A DNA stretch of 63,263 bases, filler included, from Octopus bimaculoides (Eukaryota), in the NCBI RefSeq assembly GCF_001194135.2. It is 5 parts of 5 records of this genome, joined end to end, with 100 filler letters (N's around TTAATTAATTAA, not from the genome) between each part and the next. Parts side by side here need not be neighbours in the genome. Positions count along the whole stretch, not along the records: positions 18,669 to 43,462 come from NC_068981.1; positions 43,563 to 55,334 come from NC_068985.1; 3 more parts are not named here. One strand, 5' to 3'. Of the stretch, positions 37,167 through 47,899 are shown in pieces (the first letter of the stretch is position 1; each line of letters starts with the position of its first letter). Both the position numbers and the translations under genes were made by a program. The notes under the pieces are model-generated. The model had not been told where the DNA came from, made no database searches, and saw nothing but the letters and a program-made list of their open reading frames with translations.

Positions 37167-37279
37167 TTAATAGCTCTTGCTTTGCAACAAACAATGCCAT
37201 ATTATTTCTGCATATTCTTCAAAAGACCATAGAGATGATTCCATTCGTGACAAGGTATATGGCCCGTTCGTAGTGAACA

Positions 37280-38300
37280 GTGTCTTTGTTTATTAACGTT
37301 GTTCAGTATCTGTTTGGTTTTATACATGAAATCTTTTTCGAAATAATGAAGGGTTAATGTTTGATAGTTTACATCTTTATTCTTCCCAATATTTTTCACC
37401 CTTGACAACGTTTTATACTAACTTGTGATGTATTTCGTATACAATATTTTTAGCCATTTTTGCTTATTCATCTACTTTTTTTTTATTTTCATTTATATCA
37501 GTAAGGCCTGCTATTCAAATTTTTGTTTTGTTATTTTCAAGTATATAATTATCAATCTTAAACAGGATGCTCTCAATTTTTAAGCCCGACCTCGTTTTTT
37601 ATTGAAATAATTCTAGATTCGATAAACACTCAATAAAAAGGAAGCCAGTTTCCCAGGATAATTCTTTGGCAGAATCTAAAGATATTATCACTCTGCCTCA
37701 TATATTGTAAAATCGAGATGTAGTCTTAACTTCGTATCTTTAATATCGTTTTTTTTAAATTCCAAGGTGCACCACACCCTACACCACTTTCTGAATGTAT
37801 CCCGTTTGTATACCTGCCTCAGTTGTTAAAATAATCTGATGGAACAATATTGTTATGACACCCTTTTGATTCATCATTTGATACTTTTATTATTATTTAA
37901 ACATTTTTTTAAACTTTTCAATCCCATGAGATGTTATACTGCTTTCTTTTGTGTTTATATTGCTGAGTTATCAGGTTGTGCTTCGTAGATACTTCTGTTA
38001 ACGAGAAGAGTTAATCTTGATTCATGAAAAATATTTATTTTACGAGAAAAGATGAGGCAACCCAATATACTTCTTCCTATTTGGTGAAGTTTTTCAATAG
38101 CTTTAAGATAAACCGTATATAGCTTAAGAATTTATAACTCCCAATCTCCACAATTTTTATGTTAATCAGTGGTAACATTCTTATATAACTTTAATACCGT
38201 TCCATGTTCAGGGTATTCTTTCAATTATTTTTTTAAGATATATTTCCCATTTCTGATTTAACTGTGGTTAGATAACGAGAATATTATAGTGATTTATTTT
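37280..38300 (-). mobile_element. Possible highly decayed L1-type RT
   Basis: Scattered patches such as SGLKIE (cf. SGLKIN) and GRYTNGIHSESGV; boundaries approximate. Confidence 0.3.
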
Positions 38301-38475
38301 CGTTTCGTTGCGTTAATACTTGATGTATTATATATATATCATCATTGATAATTAATAAGCTATGGATTATAGACGTGAACTTAGATGTTGGATTAAATTG
38401 TTGATCAAATTTTTGTTTACCTAATTAGAGCTGTGTATGGCTTCTTTTTTATTATTATTAGCATTTTCTAACGTT

Positions 38476-38896
38476 CTCACAGGAGGACTTTGGCTAAGTC
38501 TTTTCTTTTATTTATATCCGTCTTTACGTTCTGTGTTCAAATTCCGCCGAGGTCGACTTTGCCTTTTATCCTTTCGGGGTCGAATAAATGAGCACCCGTT
38601 GAAGACTGGGGCCGATGTAATCGGCTTATTCCCTCCCTCTAACTTGTTGTCCTTGTCCCAATACCTGAAAGCAATATTTTCTAACGTTAAGGGGGCGAGT
38701 TGGCAGGATCTTTAGCACACCGGGCAAAATGCTTAGCGGCATTTTGTCCGTCAGTACTTCTGAGTTCAAATTCCGCCGAGGTCGATTTTGCCTTTCAACC
38801 TTTTTCGGGATCTATAAAAATAAGTACCAGTAGAGCACTAGAATTGATGCAATCGACTTACTCTCTGCCTCGAAATTGTTGGCCTTGTGCCAAAAT
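38476..38896 (+). mobile_element. Two tandem SINE family B copies
   Basis: Two family B bodies, flanked and separated by ATTTTCTAAC(G/A)TT. Confidence 0.85.
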
Positions 38897-39130
38897 ATTT
38901 TCTAACATTTAAGACTAGTTTCAAACAATTTCTTGTCATTAGTAAATACTAGACGAAGTATATAAATACATATCACCACCAAAACTTGATACTTACATAA
39001 TTGCGTTTAAACAATTAAATCTGTTGTATAAAATGGGTGAAGCTGGAGAACAGTTTGGGACAAGATATACTATTTGGTATTTATAATTAAAAATTAGCAT
39101 TGTGTACCGGTGCGTGAAAAACTAACAAAC

Positions 39131-40428
39131 TACGAAGGACGTTCATTGAAGATTTCCCCTGGTTCACTTCCCAAGGACTGATATAAATGAAACTTGGCAT
39201 AATTATTAGTTCTCTACGTACCCACTAGCAATGGTGACACACTTCTCTCATCACTTTATGCAGCTGTGAAGACCTCATCTGTAGAAGTGGGTAGGTTGCG
39301 TCTGGAGCGAAGACTTTGCCTTGGAAATAAGTTCATCATCATCCGAAAAGTGCTTCTCCTTCAAAAAGGACTTCATGGTTGGAAAGTGGTGGAAGTCAGA
39401 TGGTACGAGGTCAGGAGATGAGGAATTGGGGGTGAGGAAGGATTTCATAACCGCAGGAATGTGCTTTCTTCTGGGCGACATGCACATTGTGAACTGGGGC
39501 GTTGTCTTGAAGGAGGCGGACTCCTTTAGTCAGCATATCACGCCTTTCTGCGTTGATGGCGTTCCGCAATTTCTTCAGAAGAGAAGCATAATATGCCCCG
39601 TTAATTGTGGTACCCTTTGCTAGAAAATCCATCATCACTACACTGCACTAGTCCCAAAAGACTGTGAGCATCATCTTGCTTGCTGATGGTTGGACACGAG
39701 CCTTCTTTGGAGATGGTGAGTTATCAATTCTTCCATTGCTTCGACTGGACTTTAATCTCAGGATCAAAATGACAGATGCATGTTCTATTTTGTGTGGTAA
39801 GTTTGCCGCAAAAGTCCTCCTCGTTTTCTTGGCACATTACCAAAAGAGCCTGGAAGCAATTAACTCGCTCCTGCTTCTGAAAAAGTGTGAGCATCCGGGG
39901 AATCCATCGTGCAAACAACTTCTCCATGTGCAAATGGTTGTCAATGATTTTTTCCACGGACCCTAGACTTATCCTCACTTCTTGGGCTAGTTGCCAAATA
40001 GTTATGCGGCGATCCTCTAAAATGGCGGCTTCCACTTTATGGATGATGTCTTCGTCAATGGAGGAATGTAGTCGTCCAGGAATAAGAGCAGTTTCCACCA
40101 ATGCCGACTACATTTGAACTGGCGATGCCAGTGCTTGACTACGTCGTATGATGGTGTATCGTCACCATAAACTTCTTTCATCTCATTGAGAGTCTCTTTT
40201 GGTGTACGACCTTACAAGTATATGAACCTAATCACTGATCTGCCTTCAACTGCCTCCATTATAAAACCTTAGTCCACTTCAGCAGCCGCAAAAGACAAAC
40301 GAATACTAGTGGAAATCTGCAATTTACAATGTGACATGTAGAGACATATATGATTATACATGTACAAATTCCGCTTCCCTCAATAACAGGAAGTGGGTCA
40401 GAGGAATCTTTAATGAACTCACCTCGAA
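39131..40428 (-). mobile_element. Mariner (Tc1/mariner) transposon relic, ~1.3 kb, frameshifted transposase
   Basis: Imperfect TIRs (TACGAAGGACGTTCATTGAAGATTTCCCCTGGTTCACTTCC vs GGAAGTGGGTCAGAGGAATCTTTAATGAACTCACCTCGAA); WIPRML, LLQDNAPVH, SPDLVPSDFH motifs. Confidence 0.93.
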
Positions 40429-40444
40429 GCTGCAAAGTTATTTG

Positions 40445-40860
40445 GACCATACGATAAGAAGCTTGCTTGCCGACCACATGATTCCGGGTTCAGTCCCACT
40501 GTGTGAATCCTTGGAAAAGTTTCTTCTACTATCACCTCAGGCCGACCTAAGCCTTGTGAGGGGATCTGGTAGACGGTAGACACAAATTGAAAGAAGCCCG
40601 TCGTATATATATATGTATATATATGTGTGTATGTATGCGTGTATGTATGTGTGTGTTCTTTGTCCCACCACCGATTGACAAACAGCGTCGGTATGTTTAC
40701 GTCCCTGTAAATTAACGGTTCGGCAAAAAAGACCGATAGAATAAGTACCAGGCTTGAGAAAAATAAGTTCTGGGGGTCGATTTGTTCGTCTAAAGCCTTC
40801 AATGCGCTGCCCCAGAATGGCCACAGCCAACTGACTGAAACAGGCAAAAGATAAAAGATA
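40445..40860 (+). mobile_element. SINE family A
   Basis: Body, internal microsatellite and tail GACTGAAACAGGCAAAAGATAAAAGATA. Confidence 0.85.
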
Positions 40861-40873
40861 ACGTTATTTTTTA

Positions 40874-41416
40874 ACTAGCGGGACCCGTGTATATTTTACG
40901 GAATTAATGGTAAACTTATTGGGTTATTTCTGAAAACTTTATGCAAAAAACCTGAAAGCGTAGCCTATGCTGTGTCTGAATCAAAAGTTATTCGCTCATC
41001 TGCTAATCACTGAAAAGTGAATGAAATTAGAATACGATGATTACTTAGTGCACTTTATATATACATTTTATATACTTTATGCACAATTTTATAGATTTAA
41101 TACACAGCACTCTCCTTCTTTCTTTCTCACTTTTCGCCTTGCCCTCTTTTTCTCTCTGCATTTACTTTCGCTCTTCGCTCTTTTCCCTCCAGCTAATTAC
41201 GTGAAAGCGTTACAGACAGGCTAAGTAACGGAGGAAAATAATTTAGTTCAAAAGAAATTATGCATTTCACTCACCATCACCTCAACCTCCCATCTCTCAT
41301 CCCTCCCATCTCTCATCCCTCCCATCTCTCATCCCTCCCATCCCTAACCTCCTAATCACGTGAGAACGTTACAGACGGGCTAAGTAACGGAAGAACAAGC
41401 AGAATTATTATAAGAT
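40874..41416 (+). mobile_element. Probable non-autonomous Helitron/Helentron-like element
   Basis: 5' ACTAGCGGGACCCG, 3' ACAGACGG...GAATTATTATAAGAT, internal 16-bp x3 repeat and duplicated subterminal block; resembles Lep1/HINE-type ends. Confidence 0.5.
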
Positions 41417-41784
41417 TAGGATATCATGAACTGCGGTATTGTAAGCTCCCTTAAAAACTAGAGAGATCTATTATTTTCATTTGTTTTAAATTTCTAATGA
41501 GTGCATAGTTATTTCATGTATACAATTTTCAGTATCTTCATTCATCAAAAGTAATTTCCGGAAGATATATTTTTAATATTTTTTTGCTCCTAAGAAGTAT
41601 AGTTTATGACCCATAATCTTTTCCAATATTTTAGATATATTACTTTGCATATTTATGTATTTCAATTCTTTGGATGGATTACATATTATTTAAAAACAAG
41701 TATTTTGTAAAGTAACTAAGTAATGTGTTGTTGTAGCTGTCATCGTCGTCGTCGTTGTTGTTGTTGCTGTTGTTGTTGTCTACT

Positions 41785-42185
41785 CCCATGGTAGACTTTA
41801 TGACCAAAGGCTTTGTGTCGTGACCATTTCGTTAATTTTGGGGGACTGCTTTGTTTAATGTGTCTTTCGTGTTCCCTTTTTAAGGCGGTAAGGTAGGGTC
41901 TGAAAGAGATTTGGCTGCTATTTCCAGAATGTCAAGTGATCACGTAGGAACTTCTTTCTAAGTTTCGATAGTAGCAAGTTGTTGCTGTTGCTATTGATTA
42001 ACCCCAAGTGAATCTTAATAGAGCAGACATATGATCAAAAGCATTCCAGCCATGATTATCACGTCTTTTAGGGCTATCAAGGTAGACATTATATAATTTA
42101 CATTTCCTTTTTATAAGAGAATGTGATTTGAAGGAAATTTTGTTGTTATTTCTATTAGTTCAAGCGACTGTGTAGAGGTCCCCGC
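41785..42185 (+). repeat. Two degenerate family E copies
   Basis: ATGATCAAAAGCATTCCAGCCATGA and GAGATTTGGCTGCTATTTCCAG. Confidence 0.5.
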
Positions 42186-42273
42186 GCAAATAGCATGAGA
42201 TGTGGAACACTCTGATCAAACAGATTGTGTCCCTTTCCATAGGTTAATATGTGCATGTTTAAATATGTACGTA

Positions 42274-42406
42274 AATTCCGCCGAGGTCAACTTCGCCTTT
42301 CATTTTTTCGGGGTCGATAAATTAAGTACCAGTTGCGTCCTGGGGTTGATCTAATCAACTGATCACTTCCCCATAAATTTCGGGCCTTGTGCCTAGAGTA
42401 GAAAAG
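42274..42406 (+). mobile_element. 5'-truncated SINE family B with 12-bp TSD
   Basis: AATATGTACGTA at 42262-42273 and 42407-42418. Confidence 0.88.
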
Positions 42407-42449
42407 AATATGTACGTACATTTTAGTGTTTGTATGTTTCCAGTTATGT

Positions 42450-42729
42450 GGAGGTGTATGGTTCAGTGGTTAGAGCGTCGGGCTCACAATCATGAGGTAG
42501 TGAGTTCGATTCTCAGACCGGGCTCTATGTAGAAATGAGTTGCGGCGTCACTGCAGCCAAGCTGTATCGGCCTTTGTCTTCACCTTGGATAATATCGGTG
42601 GCGTGTAGAGAGAAGGCTGGTATGCATGGGCGACTGCTGGCCTTCTATAAACAACCTTGTCTAGACTTGTTCCTCAGAGGGTAACTTTCTAGGTGCAATC
42701 CCATGGTCATTCATGACCTAAGGGGGTCC
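42450..42729 (+). mobile_element. SINE family D with internal deletion
   Basis: Head and tail present; the TTGAGCAAGACACTT...CACTCAG segment is missing. Confidence 0.85.
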
Positions 42730-43111
42730 TTTTCTTATGTTTCTAGAAAGGACACACTTCATTTTGTGCTTTAAAACAATGGTGGTTCAATCAAACAAGC
42801 TTACCTGAAAATAACACAAATGTTTATGTCACTCACTAGTGTATATGGGCGGTTCTGCAGTGCAGAAATTTAGTATAGTTAAGAAGCTTCAGGTTTAAAT
42901 TGGATGTTAGTGTATAGTTCAAGGGCAAAATTCACTGCAGCAGTCTTGCATTTGTGTTTCTACGAATATTGCTTTCTTTTGCGCAGTTCGTTAATTTTTC
43001 CGTCTTCTGTTGATATTAGAAGGGTAGGGTGTTGGTAGTAAAATGGATAGCAATAAATTACAGCTATTTGTTTTTAACATTTAGCTGTATTAAACGCTCT
43101 ATCGTGTTTGA

Positions 43112-43174
43112 CCGCCATTTTCATCGCCAAAACAGTAATAATGCGCTAAAAATATGTGTAGGTAGATGACGTCA
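43112..43174. promoter_or_regulatory. Candidate promoter: YY1-type CCGCCATTTT plus palindromic CRE TGACGTCA
   Basis: Exact motifs at 43112-43121 and 43167-43174 in apparently unique, CpG-retaining sequence. Confidence 0.4.
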
Positions 43175-43719
43175 CATCCACATGATATATGTACATGTAG
43201 TGGGGCTATCTTTTTTGCAGGAAGAGGATAAAGACATAGAGAAGGAAATTCTACACAATTTTGTTTTCTTTTACTTCTATGTGTGTTTATTTCAAAGGGT
43301 ATATGTGTTTATGCAAAATGTCAGTATCTTCAAATTTTTATGCAGAGATATCTGCAAGTATATATTTATACATGTGTGTTTGTGGTAATGCAGGAATATG
43401 CGTGCGACTGTGAGTGCATATGTGTACGTGAGGATGTACATAATGATATGTATATATACATANNNNNNNNNNNNNNNNNNNNNNNNNNNNNNNNNNNNNN
43501 NNNNNNTTAATTAATTAANNNNNNNNNNNNNNNNNNNNNNNNNNNNNNNNNNNNNNNNNNNNAAATTTGTTATATTAATATATTTCTCTGCATGTGTTTA
43601 CTTTATGCATATTTCAGTATCATGTATACCTGTCATGTATTTCTGTACATTATTAATATATAAGTGCGCACACATGCATGCGTGTGTGTGTGTGAGAGAG
43701 AGAGAGTGAGAGAGAGAGA

Positions 43720-43750
<31 letters not shown>

Positions 43751-43927
43751 TGTGTGTGAAAAGGGGGCGTCTGTCTCCAAAATTCCAAAGTTGAATAACA
43801 TTTTCATGCTTGGATTTCTAAAATGCAGTAAGGTTAACACTGGTCAACAAAGAATTTGTCCCAAGGAAAAAAATACCTGTAACTTACATGTTTTTGAATG
43901 CAGAATTCAAAAATAATGTCAAATTAC

Positions 43928-43969
43928 CTGTATCCCCCACAGTTTCTCCGTTCCAAGATATCCCTACAC
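43928..43969 (-). CDS. Candidate 42-nt exon (VGISWNGETVGDT or CRDILERRNCGGY)
   Basis: Branch-point-like CTAAT upstream of AG, donor CAG/GTAATT; 110-nt intron to acceptor ctgcattttAG at 43818. Confidence 0.35.
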
Positions 43970-44599
43970 CTAATTTAATTTTTTATGAATAGAATTAGCC
44001 TAGTGAAATCATAAATCCAGCTATTTGAGTCAATGAGTCCTAAAAATATATAAAATGAAAAATATGTAAAAATACTAACACACAGAAGCACAGAAAAATA
44101 TGTAATATACAAATACATAGAAAAATTAAAACAAAACACACAGGTGAAAAGAATCTCGTGGTGTGAAGCATGAAGTGTGAAAAATCAACATAGACAACAG
44201 TGAACTACAACACAGCATGCGGTTGTCATGGTAACAAGCTGCTAATGCTACGCTGTCTGTTGATTGGCTAAAACTACCCAAATTTCCCAACTTTAATTCC
44301 AAATTACATCAGATTCTTTAACTTACAAGATAAAGTAGTTGGTTGATCATAATCAAAATTCAGAGTTGCATCGATACAACAAAATTGAAAGCAATCTGAG
44401 CAAAATTAAAGGGGTGGGGGGCTCATTTTGCGAATGAGAAAAAGTAGATCCAATTTCTCTTTGCTTCAGTTAATTTTAAGGTAATGAGTTTTTAAAATAA
44501 TCTTGTTATTATACAGATGGCATTTGGACATAAATTAACAGAGTTTCATTGATAGGTTTTAATTTAGATCACTTTAAAACAAAGAGTTTGTATCTTAGA

Positions 44600-45738
44600 A
44601 TAAGGGGAAGTTTCAAGTGTGTTGGTATTAAGAGTTCATCTCCACAAAGCTTAAAGACTACGCAGCATATTAGGTTAGAGGAAATGCAGTGAGAGTGATT
44701 GATCACATTGACTGAAGGCTTGAACCTAACAGAATTAAAGGGAGATGTAAGCATTATGGTTAGACCATATAGATGTGCCCAGATTGGATGTGTCTAGGGG
44801 CAAGTGAACTCCTGACCAGAAGGTTACATAGAATCTTATCCCTGTTGAAGGACAGGACTGGAGGCATGGAAAAGATGGGATCAGTTGGAAAGCAGAAGGT
44901 GGAACTGTGAAGCAGAGTGCTCTGAAGTGACTGAGTCACTTCAGAGGATGGAGAGGGGAATCCAGACTCTGGAAGAGTTACTGTTCGGCATGAGTGCAAC
45001 AGTACAGTTCATAGACTGAACTCAAGATAGAGCAGTATTCACAAAAGGTTAAGGGTACTTAAGTGAGAGAAAAGATTGATTCATTATTTGAAAATGAGTC
45101 ATATTTTTGCTGCAGAGATGGAGAAATGAGAAGATTTGTGAGAACAATATGATAGATTTGATGTGAGTGTGATGTGAGGAAGAAAGTGGAGAGATAGATG
45201 ATACTGATAGAGGCAGATATATATATAGAAAGTTAATGAAAGTATTAGAGATGATGGAAGTAAAAGGTGAGTTACTTTCTGGTGAGAGAGGTTGCACTGA
45301 CACAGTCATCAATGTAATGACCCATAGCTAAAGGGTAAACCTAGAAAACAGGGCAAAAAGTTAGGTTTAATAGGGCCAACAAACAAGTTGATGTGATTGG
45401 GGTCATCTTGATGTCAATAGCTATACCACCCAAGTGTTGGTAGAACACACTGGAATAGGAAGAACAATGAAGAGTGTGAGAATGAATTCAGTTTGGAAGA
45501 GGAGAGTAGAGGTTCTGGGTTCAAATGTATGGTGTGAAGGTCAAAAAAGAATTTAAGGACTGGTAGGTCATTGTCATTTTAGATGATGGTAAACAAGGTT
45601 TTGAGCTCTATGGCAAAGAGGAATTTAGAAGGTCCAGAGGTGGGTGGTATGGTTGGTGTCCTTATGAAAGCAGCAGCCAGAAGGAGTATAATTTGGTTGA
45701 GATAGTTACAGATTAGCTTGGCAGAGCATCAAGTAGAG
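44600..45738 (-). mobile_element. Decayed Penelope-like element (RT, linker, start of GIY-YIG)
   Basis: GIAIDIKM/PNHINLFVG, GHYIDDCV, SSHHTHIKSIILFSQ, PPVLSFNRDKILCNLLVRSSL, HSHCISSNLICCV. Confidence 0.8.
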
Positions 45739-47129
45739 NNNNNNNNNNNNNNNNNNNNNNNNNNNNNNNNNNNNNNNNNNNNNNNNNNNNNNNNNNNNNN
45801 NNNNNNNNNNNNNNNNNNNNNNNNNNNNNNNNNNNNNNNNNNNNNNNNNNNNNNNNNNNNNNNNNNNNNNNNNNNNNNNNNNNNNNNNNNNNNNNNNNNN
45901 NNNNNNNNNNNNNNNNNNNNNNNNNNNNNNNNNNNNNNNNNNNNNNNNNNNNNNNNNNNNNNNNNNNNNNNNNNNTGCCTTTGTCAGCCAGTTTAATGAA
46001 TATGTTACAAATTTGTTAAAACTGACAGAATTCAACAAGTTCTGGAGATATTAAAACAACTGTCACTTCTGGAAGGTAAAAATGATCCCAATTGTGATGG
46101 CATTTCGGTTGGAACAGATTCAATGAATTTTACTGCCCCAAATTGCTATAGATATCCAATTGCAGCAATGCTTATGCACAATATGCTAAGCTTGAGGTAT
46201 TCCTCTGTATTTGCAGCAACTTTTCAATGACTTAACAATTTGCTGTCCTGAAACAGTTTTCTTGTACTTGTTTGACTTTCTAATAGCTAGGAAGTGAATT
46301 GATTTGGGTTAATAACCCATTAGTGCCCATTTTTTTTTTATTTATTATCAAAACTCTTTTTTAATGCTATTTTATTTGATACTAAATATATAAAAAAAAT
46401 TTATTACAATATTCAAAAGACACTCCTGTCTTAATGACTAACTAAAGATATCTCAGAAAAATACAGGTGTTGCAGAAATATGATGGATTCCTAAAATAGG
46501 ACCACAGGCGCCAATGGGTTTTAACCATATCTACTATGCCATATAGTATGGTATCACATTAGCACTAACAAAACAGCTTGCTAAACCTATTGCTTATAAA
46601 TAAATATATATTCCATTCCCAAAAGAAATGGGTCAGATTTTAAGAAAAGACACTCAAGAATTTTGCTCGAATGACCAAGAAATTCTATGCTGATTAATTT
46701 AAAATCAAACTTCATTCACTAACTATCCAGTAAACTAAATTTTAAGCACCAGTGCTCAAGTATAAAACTGAACATAGCCTTTGGCATCTTAATTTCTAAA
46801 CGATAGAAGTACTCAACGGAATTTCTTCACTGCATAACTTTCATGGTTCCTATTTTAAAAAAAATATTGTTATACTTTTAGGAACAGGTTACTTAATCCA
46901 ACACAATAATTTGACATACATAGNNNNNNNNNNGGTTCCTATTTTAAAAAAAATATTGTTATACTTTTAGGAACAGGTTACTTAATCCAACACAATAATT
47001 TGACATACATAGTGACATGGATATTCCTGACTGAAAAAATGTAATGATATGGATAATCTAGAGTGTATGTTTTTATTTTTGTCTGTTTATTATTAGGCAC
47101 AGTTTTAAGTTTGTTGTACAGTTTACGCT

Positions 47130-47400
47130 AATTTTAAACATTGGCTTCTGGCAGCTCTAATGTCATGTTCAAATGCATATTCAACACATTTAATTTCTCC
47201 TTCGCCAGTAAATGATTCATAAGTTCTGACCATACTGACAATAATGGTAATGGCAAATTTTAAAGTTCACTTGACATTTTATAAGTGTGAAAGGGATTAA
47301 AATTTCGATATTCCATATCAAAGAATAGGCAGAAAAGAATTCTGTTTACATACTCAGTTTGATCAGTCAAATTCCTCTGTCAGTTGAGTAAAGTGTCATC
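47130..47400 (-). mobile_element. Possible decayed hAT transposase C-terminus
   Basis: FFDMEYRNFNPF and AITIIVSMVRTYESF loosely resemble hAT dimerisation-domain motifs. Confidence 0.33.
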
Positions 47401-47899
47401 CAAGCTGATGTTTATTGGTAATTAAACCTAATTTGCAACATCTGTGCATATTTATCAGCTTTGTTTTTGTTGATAATTCTTATCAACAACTTTTCCTGTG
47501 ACCGGGATTTGAGAAGACATACAGCAATAAAAGATCGGACATAATCTCTTGTGGGCAAGAAATGTATAATAAAGTTTATTATAAACAAAACAAACCCTTT
47601 GTAATTTAATAACTTTCAATGTGATACCTGTTAAACAGAAATTATTTTTATTTAATGAAAATTTAATAAAATCTCATCATAAATAAGTGAAATTATGCTA
47701 AATACAATTAAATTGAAAACCTTTTTCCCCTGGTTATATCAACAATTCTCAAAACTTTTGGGTGTGAATTTTACATGAGTAGAAGCTTTTTTTAACAAAT
47801 TTTATCCTGAAAATCACCTGCTTTAATTACACATGGAACACCCCCACCCCACCTAAATGAGATAATTAATAAAACAAAAGAAAAGACTATAATATACAA

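Noticed and set aside
45975-46260. ~77-codon open frame (KTDRIQQVLEILKQLSLLEG...)
   Set aside because: No start codon, weak splice signals and no recognisable motif; may be a transposon relic.
46845-47012. Exact ~79-bp direct repeat across a 10-N gap (likewise 47949-48082)
   Set aside because: Typical unmerged contig overlap; most likely an assembly artefact.
47140-47250. Exon-like frame MVRTYESFTGEGEIKCVEYAFEHDIRAARSQCLKLA
   Set aside because: Better explained as a frameshifted hAT transposase relic; splice signals are weak.
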